From positions 42,098,001 through 42,162,000 of the forward strand of contig NC_043007.1 of assembly GCF_006345805.1 (NCBI RefSeq): a stretch of 64,000 nt of DNA, given 5' to 3'. The stretch is from Octopus sinensis. Lineage: Eukaryota. A program made the position numbers and the translations under genes. Numbering within the stretch: position 1 is the first letter of the stretch; the number at the start of each line of letters is the position of its first letter. The notes under the pieces are model-generated. The model did not search any database. It worked only from the letters and a program-made list of their open reading frames with translations, and was not told where the DNA came from. This document shows, in pieces, positions 24,821 to 38,043 of the stretch.

Positions 24821-27205
24821 ATGTAGATTATTGTAAATTTTCAGGTCAGGTTTTTGTTTATTTTTCCATAAGTATAAGTATAGGACACAGATCTCAAAGC
24901 TATATAAGATGTAAAATATGAATTTGTGATACTATTTCCTAAGGGTATTAGTGACATATATGCATGGCACGTGGAGTATTTCGGAACTGGTGCCTGGTTG
25001 TAAGACCTTATTTCATTATGGCTTTGTATTTGCATAAAGTTCTATTCACATGTACGTGTCTTTTGTGCTTTGTGTATAACTTAAATCAGTTTATAGCTAT
25101 TCAACATTTTACTCACCTTTCTAAATATGACTCACCACATATTGTATTTTATATATAGATAGATATGTATATATGAGAGAGTTTAATGTATTTTCTAAAT
25201 TATTGAATACAAGTAGGTTTACTCATAATGCCAAATAAACACTGCTACTGTTGCTATTTGTATGCAGATTTGTTTCATATATGCCATAATGTCTATTTGA
25301 GAGCTTAATTCGTTATACAAAATATATTTACTTTTCAACACTAAGATTTCAGTTCTGAAAAAGAAAAAAAAAGTCACATGCTGCAAATAATAATCCTTTC
25401 TACTATGGGCACAAAGCCTGAAATTTTGGTGGAGCGGGGTAGTCGATTATATTGACCCCAGTAAGTATTCAGCTAGTATTTATTTTATCAACCCCTTAAT
25501 GGATGAGAGGCAAAGTCAATCTTGGCAGAATTTGAACTCAGAACATAGTCAAACAAAACACTACTAAGCATTTTGTCTGATGTGCTAATGATTCTGCCAG
25601 TATTGATTAAAATCAATCTAACCCTCACTTTTTTTTTTTACTAGAGACGATGAAAATCTCTTGAATCAAAACCAAAATCTTGCAATTGTGAATGCAACAG
25701 ACTAACTACTAGGCCATGTGCCTTCGCAATATATATATCTGATGTAGTGCTAATTACTGATCTAGATTTCTTGTCTACATCAAATCCTGTGCATCTAGCG
25801 TTCATCAGATGGATTTGAAAATGACATCTTGTGAAATAAAGAATTCACTTTCATAATATGTATGTAAAGATTTTGTTGTAGACTAGAGCATTTGTCATAG
25901 ACTAGAAATTTAATATCAACTACTATATAATAATATTTCATTCCTTTATATATTGAGTATCCTTATTTTGCTGGAAATAGCACAAGTCTGTATGGATATG
26001 GTGTTTGTATGTATGCATGCAAACACACACACATACACACATATATGATGGGTGTCATCACAATTTCTACCTACCAAATTCCATTCACAAGGCGTTAGTC
26101 AACCTGAAACTATTGTAAAAGACATTTGCCTCCATACTCCAATAAATTCTTTAGAAGGTGGGTGAAAGTAGTGAATTTGGTACCTGTAAATGGATCTACT
26201 CTGAGCATGCACCTGTAGGCTAGAAAATGAAATTTGGGAAAGGGTTCTTGCTCTGGGGAGTCAGTCATTGAGATCTTGTGGAATCTCCTTGATTGGCCCT
26301 CAGCAGTTATCCCTCTATTACTGTTGGAATTTTGTTGTTACTTTGCTATCACTTTTTATGTCACATGAAAATTCTCACCTTGATTTGTATTTTGTCCTTT
26401 GGGTTCTTTAAGCCCTTGTGGCTAATATAGAAATCATCATTATAAAATAATTAATCAAGTACTGGGGACAGTGTAATCGACTAACTCCCTCCCTCAAAGT
26501 TTCAGGCCTTGTACCTATAGTAGAAAGGATTATCATCATCATCAAGGCAGCAAGCTGTCAGAATTGTTAGTATTCCAGACAAAATGCTTAGTGGTATTTC
26601 ATACAGTTTTACGTATTGAATTCAAATGCTGCCAAGATCAACTTTGCTTTTCATTCTTTCAATGTTGATGAAATAAGCACCAATTGAGTGCTCAACTGGT
26701 TCAGTGTAATTTACTAGCTCAGTTTCCCAAGGTAGAAAGGATTATTATCTCACATTGCCATACATTTGGAGGGGGAGAGTGTGATAACTTGAATACCTGA
26801 CAGGTACTTATTTTGTCAGCTACACAGGCATTTTAACTCAGTCTTGTGGAACTAAACTAATTTCTGTAAAACATTATGCAAAATCATAGTGTAATCTCTT
26901 CCTTCTCCAGATATTGCATATCTTGTTTACACCATCTTTCTTTTCTTTCTTTGTTTCTGTTCACTTTCTCTTTTATCCTTTTTGTCCCCCTCTCTGCATT
27001 TTTCTTCATTACTCTTATCACACTCTAGCTCTCTTTTTCTCTCCTTCTCTCTTTCATTTTCTCTCCCTCTCTTGCTCTCTAGTGCTCACTCTCTTGCTCT
27101 CTGGTGCACTCTAGCACTCTCTCTAGCGCTCTCCTTCATGCTCTCTCTCACTCTCTAGCGCTCTTGCTTGCTCTCTAGTAACTCTCTAGTGCTCTCTCAC
27201 TCTCT

Positions 27206-27850
27206 CTAGCGCACAGTCGCTTTCCCTAGCACACAGTCGCTTTCCCTAGCACACAGTCGCTTTCCCTAGCACACAGTCGCTTTCCCTAGCACACAGTCGC
27301 TTTCCCTAGCACACAGTCGCTTTCCCTAGCACACAGTCGCTTTCCCTAGCACACAGTCGCTTTCCCTAGCACACAGTCGCTTTCCCTAGCACACAGTCGC
27401 TTTCCCTAGCACACAGTCGCTTTCCCTAGCACACAGTCGCTTTCCCTAGCACACAGTCGCTTCCCTAGCACACAGTCGCTTTCCCTAGCACACAGTCGCT
27501 TTCCCTAGCACACAGTCGCTTTCCCTAGCACACAGTCGCTTTCCCTAGCACACAGTCGCTTTCCCTAGCACACAGTCGCTTTCCCTAGCACACAGTCGCT
27601 TTCCCTAGCACACAGTCGCTTTCCCTAGCACACAGTCGCTTTCCCTAGCACACAGTCGCTTTCCCTAGCACACAGTCGCTTTCCCTAGCACACAGTCGCT
27701 TTCCCTACACACAGTCGCTTTCCCTAGCACACAGTCGCTTTCCCTAGCACACAGTCGCTTTCCCTAGCACACAGTCGCTTTCCCTAGCACACAGTCGCTT
27801 TCCCTAGCACACAGTCGCTTTCCCTAGCACACAGTCGCTTTCCCTAGCGC
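27206..27850. repeat. Near-perfect 20-bp minisatellite (gctttccctagcacacagtc), about 32 copies
   Basis: Seen directly. Only a few single-base variants are visible. Confidence 0.97.
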
Positions 27851-28640
27851 TCTCTCTCCCTCTCTAGCGCTCTCTCGCCCTCTCTAGCGCTCTCTCGCCC
27901 TCTCTAGCGCTCTCTCGCCCTCTCTAGCGCTCTCTCGCCCTCTCTAGCGCTCTCTCGCCCTCTCTCGCCCTCCCTAGCGCTCTCTCGCCCTCCCTAGCGC
28001 TCTCTCGCCCACTCTAGCACTCTCTCGCTCTCTTTTGTACTCTCTTTCGTTCTCTCTCTCCTTCGTTCTCTTTTTCGGTTGCCCTCTCTCTCTAGCTCTC
28101 ATTTCCCTCTCCCTCTCCTCTCTCTCTAGCTCTTGTTTCCCTCTCTCTCTAGCTCTCGTTTCCCTCTCTCTCTAGTTCTCGTTTCCCTCTCTCTCTAGTT
28201 CTCGTTTCCCTCTCTCTCTAGCTCTCGTTTCCCTCTCTCTCTAGCTCTCGTTTCCCTCTCTCTCTAGCTCTCGTTTCCCTCTCTCTCTAGCTCTCGTTTC
28301 CCTCTCTCTCTAGCTCTCGTTTCCCTCTCTCTCTAGCTCTCGTTTCCCTCTCTCTCTAGCTCTCGTTTCCCTCTCTCTCTAGCTCTCGTTTCCCTCTCTC
28401 TCTAGCTCTCGTTTCCCTCTCTCTCTACGTCTCGTCTCCCCCTCTCTCTCTCCCTATCTCGTCTCCCCCACTCTCTCTCTCTACTTCTTGTTTCCCCCGC
28501 TCTCTCTCTACTTCTCGTCTCTCTCTCTCTCTCTCTCTACTTCTCGTCTCTCTCTCTCTCTCTACCTCTCGTCTCTCTCTCTCTCTCTCTACCTCTCGTC
28601 TCTCTCTCTCTCTCTCTCTCTACCTCTTGTCTCTCTCTCT
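27848..28640. repeat. Adjacent related arrays: 20-bp cgctctctcgccctctctag (about 8 copies), 23-bp ctctcgtttccctctctctctag (about 13 copies), then (TC)n-based units
   Basis: Seen directly. Confidence 0.9.
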
Positions 28641-31012
28641 GTTTTTCATTCCTCTGTCCCTTTTATCTTCTATTTCCTCTTTTCTTTCTGGCTTTCCTCT
28701 TCCTGCCTCTTTTTTTCTCCAAAGTAAATGGTTAACAAAAGGGAAAAAACCAACTATTCTGTATTGCAATAGTCTATTAAACATGGTGTCTAAGCAAGAT
28801 GTTTCCTATTAGATTGAACATAATCTAAGTTGCCGTAATCATCCAAATCTTTTTCCTCTTGGCATTCTCTTGACTGTTTATTGCAGTTTCTGCCTGCTTT
28901 ATATTATTACTGTTAGCACTAAAACTTAACTGAAACACACTGACCTCTCTTTGCTTTCCTTTCCTTCTCTTTCCTTTTCTCTCTCTCTCTCACACTTTCT
29001 CCAAACTTCATCTCCGTCTCTGTCTGGCATACTCCATCTTTGATTATCCCTCTCTTTCACTTCTTACACTTCCTGGTGTAGTTAAATGAGGGAACAGAAC
29101 TGTCGTATATTTGTGGCATATTAATTCCTGGAAAGAAATCTGGAAGCTGAAATGTTGCATGTTTTGTCTTTCTCTTTTTAATAAAATAAGCAGGATATGT
29201 TTTTCATCCCTCCTCCCTTAAAAAAATTTTCTTTATTGAATAGTTGGGACTCTGACTAGCCAACGCCCTTTTAATTCTTCATATTTATTTGATAATCTGT
29301 CTGCGAAAGTATACACTGAAATCTCATCGTTTCGCCAAAATTTTACGTGGGCTTTTTCCATGTTGGTATAGGTTGGAGGTAACTTCTAGTGACATTATTA
29401 TACTGCCAAATGCCCTTCCTGACATCTTTTTTGAAGATAAATGGTCAAGATCACCTTGCTGTATCAAGAGAGTAACTGCAATACATCCATAGGGGCAGCA
29501 TCCATGGTTGTGTAACCATCAATGAAAGGTTTGCTGTTGCTCAAGCTCCCAATTTAGAATCATAATAATGGAATTGGATGGTGACAGTCATGGGAATTTG
29601 CAAAAGCAGTGTAATGGAAGAACAACATATTCTGCTAGATTTCACATTATCCTTAATCCATTATAAACTGCAATGTGCTATATGCACTGCTCCTCTTTAT
29701 CAATACATTTAAGGAGTAAAGAAAAACAACTGAATTGTCTGATTTGCTGTTGAACGAATGTCTCTTATTAGTCTAAAAGGTTGCAAAATGACAAGCATTA
29801 GAGAAGTCCTGAGCAAACTGTAGACTGCAGGATAAAAAAATTACCTCGAATTTCTTTTGTTGTAGTGTGGCCCACCTGATGATGAGTCCTGTCTCATGTG
29901 GCCTACTTCTAAACAAAGGTTGCATGTGTCTTCATTAGAGTGTCAAATAGGATGTTTTGAGATATTTATTCCAGTTCTGTATGTTTTTAGTTCAAATTCC
30001 ACCAAATTAACTTAGCATTTCATGGGTCCACAGTTGGTTAGGAACCAGTTAAATATTTGGGATTGTTTCTTCTTCATTTCTCTGATTAGTTGGATTGATT
30101 AGTTCAAAGGAGTCAAGAAAGGAGCATTCACATTTTGGATCCCACCAATTCTTTCAGCACCAGTTTGATTTTCTAAAAGCAGGAAGATTAGTCTGAGCTT
30201 TTCAGACACTGGTGTCCAGAGTAATAGTAACAAGCGAAGTTAATGTTAGAATTCAGATTACTCTGTCAAATGCAATGCTTATTTATTCACATTGTTTTGA
30301 ATTAATCATGCATTATCTTGTAGCATTGAGATTTAAATGATATGATTGCTAATTTTTAGAATGGCATTTTAGGGTAGGTGTGAGAAGCCTAATCAGGCCT
30401 GTTTGAACTTAAAACATGTAGAATATTTTGGCCTGATATGGCTGGTTTGAATACCAAAAAGTTAAATGTTAAAGAGTTAACGTTTACTCAGAATTGTTGC
30501 TGAAAATTTTGCCCGCCTTCTGGGCATGTATTTTCTATTACAGCTTTAAGATGACAAATGATTTATTAATGGAATTTATTAGATAGAAACTATAGTGTTT
30601 GTGTTGTGTGTGTGTCAATGTTTGTGTTTGGCACAACACTGCCCAGTAAAAAAGTATATTAAAGTTATTCATCTGATATATATATATATATATATAGATA
30701 GATATCGATAAAATAAGTACTGGACTAAAATAAGTGTTGAGATCAATACGACTAAAGGTGATACACTAGTGTGGCTACAGTCCAATGATTAAAACCAATA
30801 ACAGAATGAAAGAATATGTATATCTATGCAATATATATGTGTGCATGTAAAATTATATTTTCTTATTTCTTAATTAGTCTGAGAAGGAAGAAGAATGCCA
30901 ATAATTTTCTCAAGCTTGTCTGGTCTGAGTGGGAAAGTAATTGATTAAGGTTTGGTATTTTTGTTTGGCTTGAAAAATTTTAGAAAATCTAGCTAGCCAC
31001 CCTCCACTTTAA

Positions 31013-31219
31013 CTGTTTCGTTACCAACCCAGCTGAAACCAGCTCTGGCTCTGAGTACAAATGTCTTGTTTTCATGAGTTTTGAATTAAAATCTTCCAGC
31101 AAACCATAGTCACAGTTTATGTTCGAAACACTAACTGAATGATAACTAAGTTATTTTACTAAATTCTTTATTATAGTTAAAAGAAACACAAAGCATCTCA
31201 AAATACAGTGACGAAAGGG
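31013..31219. mobile_element. piggyBac-type MITE (TTAA target); further copies at 41132-41351 and 50391-50604
   Basis: Ends (CCC)TTTCGTTAC...GT(A/G)ACGAAAGGG flanked by TTAA. The three copies share internal sequence. A second TTAA family is at 40284-40502 and near 30240-30475 and 36390. Confidence 0.8.
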
Positions 31220-31443
31220 TTAATGACCTTTTCGTCCAAAGTTAGGGTGTGCTCAGTGTTATATGTGCTCTTTATGGTGCATGCATAACCAAGCTGAAAG
31301 TAGCTAGTTTCTAGTTCAATATTTAGCAATATTTAGTAGACATGGCTGTGTGGTTAAGAAGTTTACTTTGCCACCATATGGTTTTGGGTTCAGTCTCACT
31401 GTGTGGTACACTTTGGCAAGTGTCTTCTACTATAGCTTTAGGC

Positions 31444-31697
31444 CAGTGGTTCTCAATCAGGGTCCACATGACCCTTGGGTGTCCATATAAGATTTTGTTG
31501 TTAAATTGATGTCCAATAAAATTAGTTATACTCCTAAAAATATTTCAACAATTTTTTAAAGACAATTCCTAGTAATACTCAATTATAAAAGTATAATAGT
31601 TTTATTTAAACACTGAATGGCTGGGGGTGGGGTGGGGGTGTCTGAGGAAAATAGGAATTAAAGGGGTCTATAGGCAAAAAATGGTTGAGAACCACTG
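31444..31697. mobile_element. hAT (Charlie-like) MITE inserted into a family A SINE
   Basis: TIRs cagtggttctcaa...ttgagaaccactg, with an imperfect 8-bp TSD (ctttaggc / ctccaggc). Confidence 0.8.
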
Positions 31698-33609
31698 CTC
31701 CAGGCCAACCAATACCTTGTGAGAGAATTTGGTGAACAGAAACTGTCTGGAAGCATGTTGTGTGTATGTGTTTGTCCCTCCCCCACTGCTTGACAACCAC
31801 TGTTGATTTGTTTACATCTCTGTAACTTAGTGGTTCAGCAAAAGACTAAGAAAATAAATACTAGGGTTGATTTGTTCAACAAACCCTTTCAAGATGGTAC
31901 TCCAGCATGGCCACAGTTCAATGACTGAAACAAGGAAAAGACAAAGGTTTTTATTTTTCTTATTGCTTAATTATGGGAGAAAAGACAGCACCTATGACTC
32001 TATTCAAGGTCTCTGCAACTGGTAAGCAGACGAAAGGGAGCTGTTGTTTGGAATTTACCAACAATTATTAGATAAAACTTGCGAATAAATAAAATGTTTT
32101 TATCAAAAGGCCATAAAGTAAAAGGATGTAAAAGAAATTATGATGATACAATAAAAAAGAATCAGAAGCATCATTGATGCATTTTAGATTTTCAAACTTG
32201 TATACTAAGTTGAAACTAAATGATTAACACCTGAAACTACCTTTTAAAAAAAATAAAACAAACTGTAATTGTGTTTATATATAATCTTTTACCTGTACAA
32301 ATCATTTTCATAAGTTTGTCCTAAACATCTATGCTTGTTTTGAGATTTTTTCATTGGCCTTTCCTTTCTTAAGTCCCAAGTTACTCTGGTGGTTGAAAAA
32401 ATTGGGTATGTGCACCATACATATATACTGCATGGACATCAAGGAAATTATGTCCTGTGTGTATCATGATATACAGGACGACAGGCAAAGAGTTAACACA
32501 TTTGATGCCATATTTCTGTTAAAATTTACTGTTTTTGCTTAAATTAATTTTGAAAAATAATGAAGAATTTAGCAAAATAAGTTTATCTGCTGATGTTTGG
32601 CACATAGGTTAGCATGAAATTTTGATGAAAGCTTTTAAATTAGATCAGAGGCAGTTTCAAACTGGTTGGCATTAAAAAGATTAAAGTATTGTTTGAATAT
32701 AAATTTGAAGTGAATATAACCTGAAGAATTACATTAAATGAAATAAAAATTATATTACCAAACAACCAAAAAGTTTATCCCTTTGAAATTTAATCAAGAA
32801 ACTTTGCATCTATAGAACAGGGTTAAGTCAGAAATCTATACCTTAAATTTACCAGTGTCTCATTCTTCAAAACAGAATTGCTTCTACTAGAACCTCCTCC
32901 ATAAACACCCTTAAATCTGACTAGATTATTTTCAGTGTGATATCTATGAAATTGAAAATTTTAGCAGATTATTACAATAAACCCTTTTGTTACCATATTT
33001 CTGTTAAAATACACTGCATTTGTTTCAGTTAATTTTGGAAATAATGAATTTAATAAAATAAGTTTATCATTATTAATCTGGTGTAAGGTAGAGCTGGCTG
33101 GATCATTAGCATGCTGGTAAGCATTTTGTCCATCTTTATGTTCTGAGTTCAAATTCTGCCAAGGTCAACTTTGCTTTTCACCCTTTTGGAGTCGATTAAC
33201 TAAGTACCAGTTGAGCACTGGCTTGATGTAATTGACTTGCCCCTTCCCCCAGGAATTACTGGCTTTGTGTCAAAATTTTAAATTATTATCAATCTGGTGT
33301 TAATTAAAATCTCTATAAACCAAGGAATTTGTATCATAGAGCCAAAGGCAGTTTCTGGCAATTTGGTATCAAAAGGATTAACCAGTAAGTACATTTTTAT
33401 GAACTCCACTTCAGTCAATTCCTCCTGGCTCCATGACTTCAACTCTACAGCCCTGGATGACAGGCGCTCCATCTATGACCATCTTGTCTTTTTCTGAGGC
33501 AAAGTGTGCCCAGGACCACATTGTCTACTGTGTTCTCCTCTAAGATAGTAGGGTATGATTTGAGGGAGATTTGGAAGCTAATTCTAACATACCACATGAC
33601 TATGTAGAG

Positions 33610-33828
33610 CAGTGCTTTTCAAACTTTTTGCTGGAGCAAAACCCCAAGGAAACATTTCACTGGCTCGAGGAACCCCTGTGCAATAATTTAATAGTCTTAT
33701 GCACACATATCTGCACAGGAGAATTAAAAATTACTGCCAATTTTAGCAGTTTTGTAACTTCTTGCAGAACCCCTAGACTGTACTGGCGGAACTCTAAGGT
33801 TCCGCGGAACCCTGGTTGAAAACCACTG
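33610..33828. mobile_element. hAT MITE with a perfect 8-bp TSD
   Basis: TIRs cagtgcttttcaa...ttgaaaaccactg. TSD atgtagag at 33602-33609 and 33829-33836. Confidence 0.9.
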
Positions 33829-35582
33829 ATGTAGAGGCTCCCTAATTTTATTTAGGTAAACAATTTATGTGATGATCCTGATATGTTATATTATGAGTAC
33901 AATTTATGTATTTTTTCTAGATCTGATGATCCTTATATATTCTGTTTTGCTATAGATTATTTATAATTATGAGTTTTAAGTTAGTCATGATGTAATAGTT
34001 AAATCACAGCTTAGTATTACATTGTGACTTGTGTGTTCTAGGTGTGCTGTTTACTTATGTAGTTTAGTTAGGGATTAATATTTAATAGATTCTGATAAGT
34101 GTTCCCAGATGTGATGATATATTTAAGTCAGAGATTAGTATTATATTACAACGTATGTTTCAAGATATGTAAGTATTGATATAGTTGTCATGTTTTAACA
34201 TTATAGATTAATAGTTAATTAGAACTAATCACATCTTGAACATGAATTTCATTAATTACTAATCTTTATGGTTTCCAGGTGATTTAATTATAATATCAAT
34301 ACTATAACATTTTAAACATTTATAAATAATGGCTTACACATGATGCCAAGCGATGCCAAGCTGAGCTTATGTTACAGTTCAGCTTTCTACTCATTAACTT
34401 TTTTCCCCCTTATGGCTTCATCAATGAAGGAAGGGGAACACCCATGACCATTTCAAGACCTCCAAGACTAGTGGGTGAGGGAAGAGAAGAAACAATGAAT
34501 CTGACTAAATGGGTAACATTCCTTCTAAAGAGGGCATATGTGTGTTTAAACATGTTTTGCAGCCAGTGCACAAAAGTTGTGTGAAAAAATAATGCAGTAA
34601 TTAATAATTATGCTTAGAATTAATTAAATGTTTTTGAAACAGTTTATAGGAATTCAATGTTTTTTTCATGAAGTCCTTAAAGCCTAGTAGTAGTGGTTTT
34701 GATAAGTTTATCTTGTTAAAATTCCTAAAAATATTTTTAACATACTTTCTTTAGAATAATTTTTACACAAGATTAAAGATTTTGTTGGTAGGATTTTCAT
34801 AAGGCCCTCATTAAGATATTCCATTACAGTTTTATTAGCCATGATAGATAGGCTGTGCCAAAATTTTCTATATACAATATCAAATTTACATTTGAGCACA
34901 ACATAAAGTTTTTCCACAAATTTACTAGTAGAAATTAGAAGGAGCATTACTTATGGGTTACTAAACATTCAGCTCTATAATATTCCTGCTGGAAGCCATT
35001 GTTGATGGATGGGCCTGCCAGCTAATAAAGCAGCTCCCCAGATACATCACTGAGAATTAGAACATGAATTTCATTTACTACTGAACTGGATCATAGGTAT
35101 GTTGTATGAGGGACAGAATTCATTTCTCAAACTGTCTGTTGGTTGTGGTATCCTATACATTTGCTTTAACGCAACAGGAAGATTATGACCATTATATCAT
35201 CTCATTTATTCCTCACTCTAAAATACATTGGTTTCATATCAGTAAACTGCATCCAAGTCAGGCCGGAAGACAAGAAGGGCAGTTGATCTACGTCTGTAGT
35301 TCTAAAATGGTGTCCACATAAGATTAGTTATATAAGCTAGTTATATGTCTACAATATACAAAATATCTTTAACAATTTTTTAAATACAATTTTTAATATT
35401 TAACTTGAAAAATATAATAGGATTTTTTAGACATAGAATGGCTCCATCTGAGTAAAATAGGAATCAAAGAGGTGGGGTTAGTTAGTTGGTTAGGGGATAA
35501 AAAATGGTTGAGAACCACTGATCTAAGCAAAGCTAGCATTTATAGAACCAGAATGGCTGAATTAATACAATTGTAGCAGACT

Positions 35583-35621
<39 letters not shown>

Positions 35622-37034
35622 TATATAAGTTCAGTTTCACTACAATTGTTTGTGTATTTGTGCAGTACACATAGTTTTGTGCACCTCTATACATTTACAT
35701 TGTTGAGAATCAACAACAGATCATGGAAAGAATTTTACTGATCCAGTGTTTGCAAAACTAGAGCAAAGCATTGGTCCTTAATCATAAAAAGCCCCTCTAT
35801 TCTTTGGAAATATATCGTATTGCTCAGTTAGTGGTTTGGAAAAAGATGGATTCTGCAAGTCTGCTTTAATTTTAACACATTACATGCACTAGTTATTGTT
35901 TACTCCCCAAGTCCTTGATTGAGAAGACATGTGATTAAAGATGCTCTAGCCATTATCCTATCATGTTGGATAATAACTAAACTATCTTATGTGTCTTTTC
36001 CTTTTTAAAGACAGTAGGGGTTGTAAAGGAGATTCAGTTGTTTCTGGCGTATCAAGTGACCAAGTAGACACTTCCCCATTGGCTCTTGGCATGGTGTGAT
36101 TAGAATGAATTTGGCTGTTATTTCCACCAGGCTGAGGGACCAGTCTCCCTCAGTGGTTAATGGTAGAGTGATCTAAAGGCATTTGGTTGCCATTGTTAGC
36201 TGGTTGAGTAACTGAATAGAGGCTCTGTTGTTAACTATGGTGTTTCAGTGACCCAGTTAGTTGAACGATAGCTATTGATATTGCTTAGTTACTTAATGGC
36301 CTAGAAATATGAAGCTAATAGTGTACAGGTTTGATCTACAATGAGCTGGCTTCAGAAAAATGCATTTTGAGTAGTAGTTGCTTAGTTTAACCCTTTAGTA
36401 TACAAGTTACTCTGTCAAATGCTTATTTATTCAGTGTTTTGATTTAGCCATGCATTAACCTATAACTTTGAGCTTTTAAAGATGTGATTGCTTATTTTTA
36501 GACTGATATTGTAGGGTAGGTGGAAGAGGTTGGATCTAGTTGGTTTGAATCCAAAACAATATTTGACCCAGATATCTTTTATCTTTTACTTGTTTCAGTC
36601 ATTTGACTGCAACCATGCTGCAGTACTGCTTTGAAGGGTTATAGTTGAACAAGTCAATCCCAGGACTTATTCTTTTGAGCCTAGTACTTATTCTATCACT
36701 CTTTTGCTGAACTGCTAAGTTATGGTTGTCAAATGGTGGGGAGGGTGACACACACACACACATGTGCACGTGTGATGGGGTTATTTCAGTTTCTGTCTAC
36801 CAAATCCTCTCACGAGGCTTTGATCAGCCCAAGGATATAGTAGAAGACACTTGCCAAGGTACCATGCAGTGGACACAGAACCTGAAACTGTGGTTGGGAA
36901 GAAAGCTTCTTACTACACAACCATGTCTGCTTAAATGCTAAAAGTTATATATAATCAAGACATCATAAAGAGGAATAGTCCTTCGTGCGCACGTGTAAGT
37001 ATGTATGTATGTATATATCTATCTATCTATATCG

Positions 37035-37400
37035 CAGCCTTGGTTTAAGGAGTGTGTCAAGTCCTCATTAAAGGCCTGTGATATACAGGACACTGACTGG
37101 GAGAACAATGCCTGTCATCACCACAGATGGAGGAAGCAGGTTAAGGAGGGGATCGACACTTATGAGAGAGCACGTATCCAGCATGAAGAACTTAAGTGAG
37201 CTGTGCGAAAGTGCACGGCTCATATAGTGAATGGGGAAAGCTTGGTATGCAATGTTTGTCGTGTATGCTTGTCAAGAGCAGGGCTCATTAGCCACCAACG
37301 GAGCCGCAAATGCAAAATAAAAGTTAGTCCTAGAGCGCACAATGTTCCTGAAGATTGGCAATGGTCTTCCTCGGTCACGAGTGGACGGCCATCATCATAT
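37035..37400 (+). mobile_element. 5'-truncated RTE-BovB-like LINE 3' end
   Basis: FKECVKSSLKACDIQDTDWENNA...WRKQVKEGI...LVCNVC.RVCLSRAGLISHQRS (C-terminal C2H2-type finger). Confidence 0.75.
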
Positions 37401-37730
37401 CATCTATCTATATATATATATATTATAATAATAATAATAATAAACTTGTCGATTGGAGTAAGTGGTTCATAGACAATTTGGTGTCTATTTCTAGCAGACT
37501 GGTGTTGTAATCATTCAACACCCTTATAATTTTAATATAAATTAACCATTATGGTATTTTAATATGCTGCCCACTGATAATCATTAAATAATGACTTTAT
37601 TCTAATTACTTATAAATTAATATGTATATATATATATAATATTAGAGAGCATAACTCCAAACATACAGGGAAAAATTCAATTTAGTATTAAATCAAATTT
37701 CACTATATAGATATATAATATATATAAATT

Positions 37731-37991
37731 AGAGAAAAACCACTATTATGTAATTCAAACAATGATAGACATAAACCATATCATATAGAAAAAATAAAAT
37801 ATATTATAAAACATATAACTAGATCACAAAAAGTACAAAAAAATGAATAAACAATGTCTTTTTACTTATTATATATTGTTTATTTATTTTTGTACTTTTT
37901 GTGATCTAGTTATGTTTTATATATTTTATTTTTTCTATATGATATGGTTTATGTCTATCATTGTTTGAATTACATAATAGTGGTTTTTCTC

Positions 37992-37992
<1 letters not shown>
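37731..37992. repeat. Long inverted repeat: ~120-bp arms with a 19-bp spacer
   Basis: 37731-37855 is the near-exact reverse complement of 37875-37992. Confidence 0.95.

Positions 37993-38043
<51 letters not shown>

Noticed and set aside
27206-27850. Regular 20-bp array (and the 34-bp array at 61247) as a CRISPR array
   Set aside because: There are no unique spacers and no cas genes, and the context is eukaryotic. These are plain tandem repeats.
29868-29910. CTGATGA followed by a short GAG/CTC stem as another hammerhead
   Set aside because: No GAAA or cleavage segment follows.
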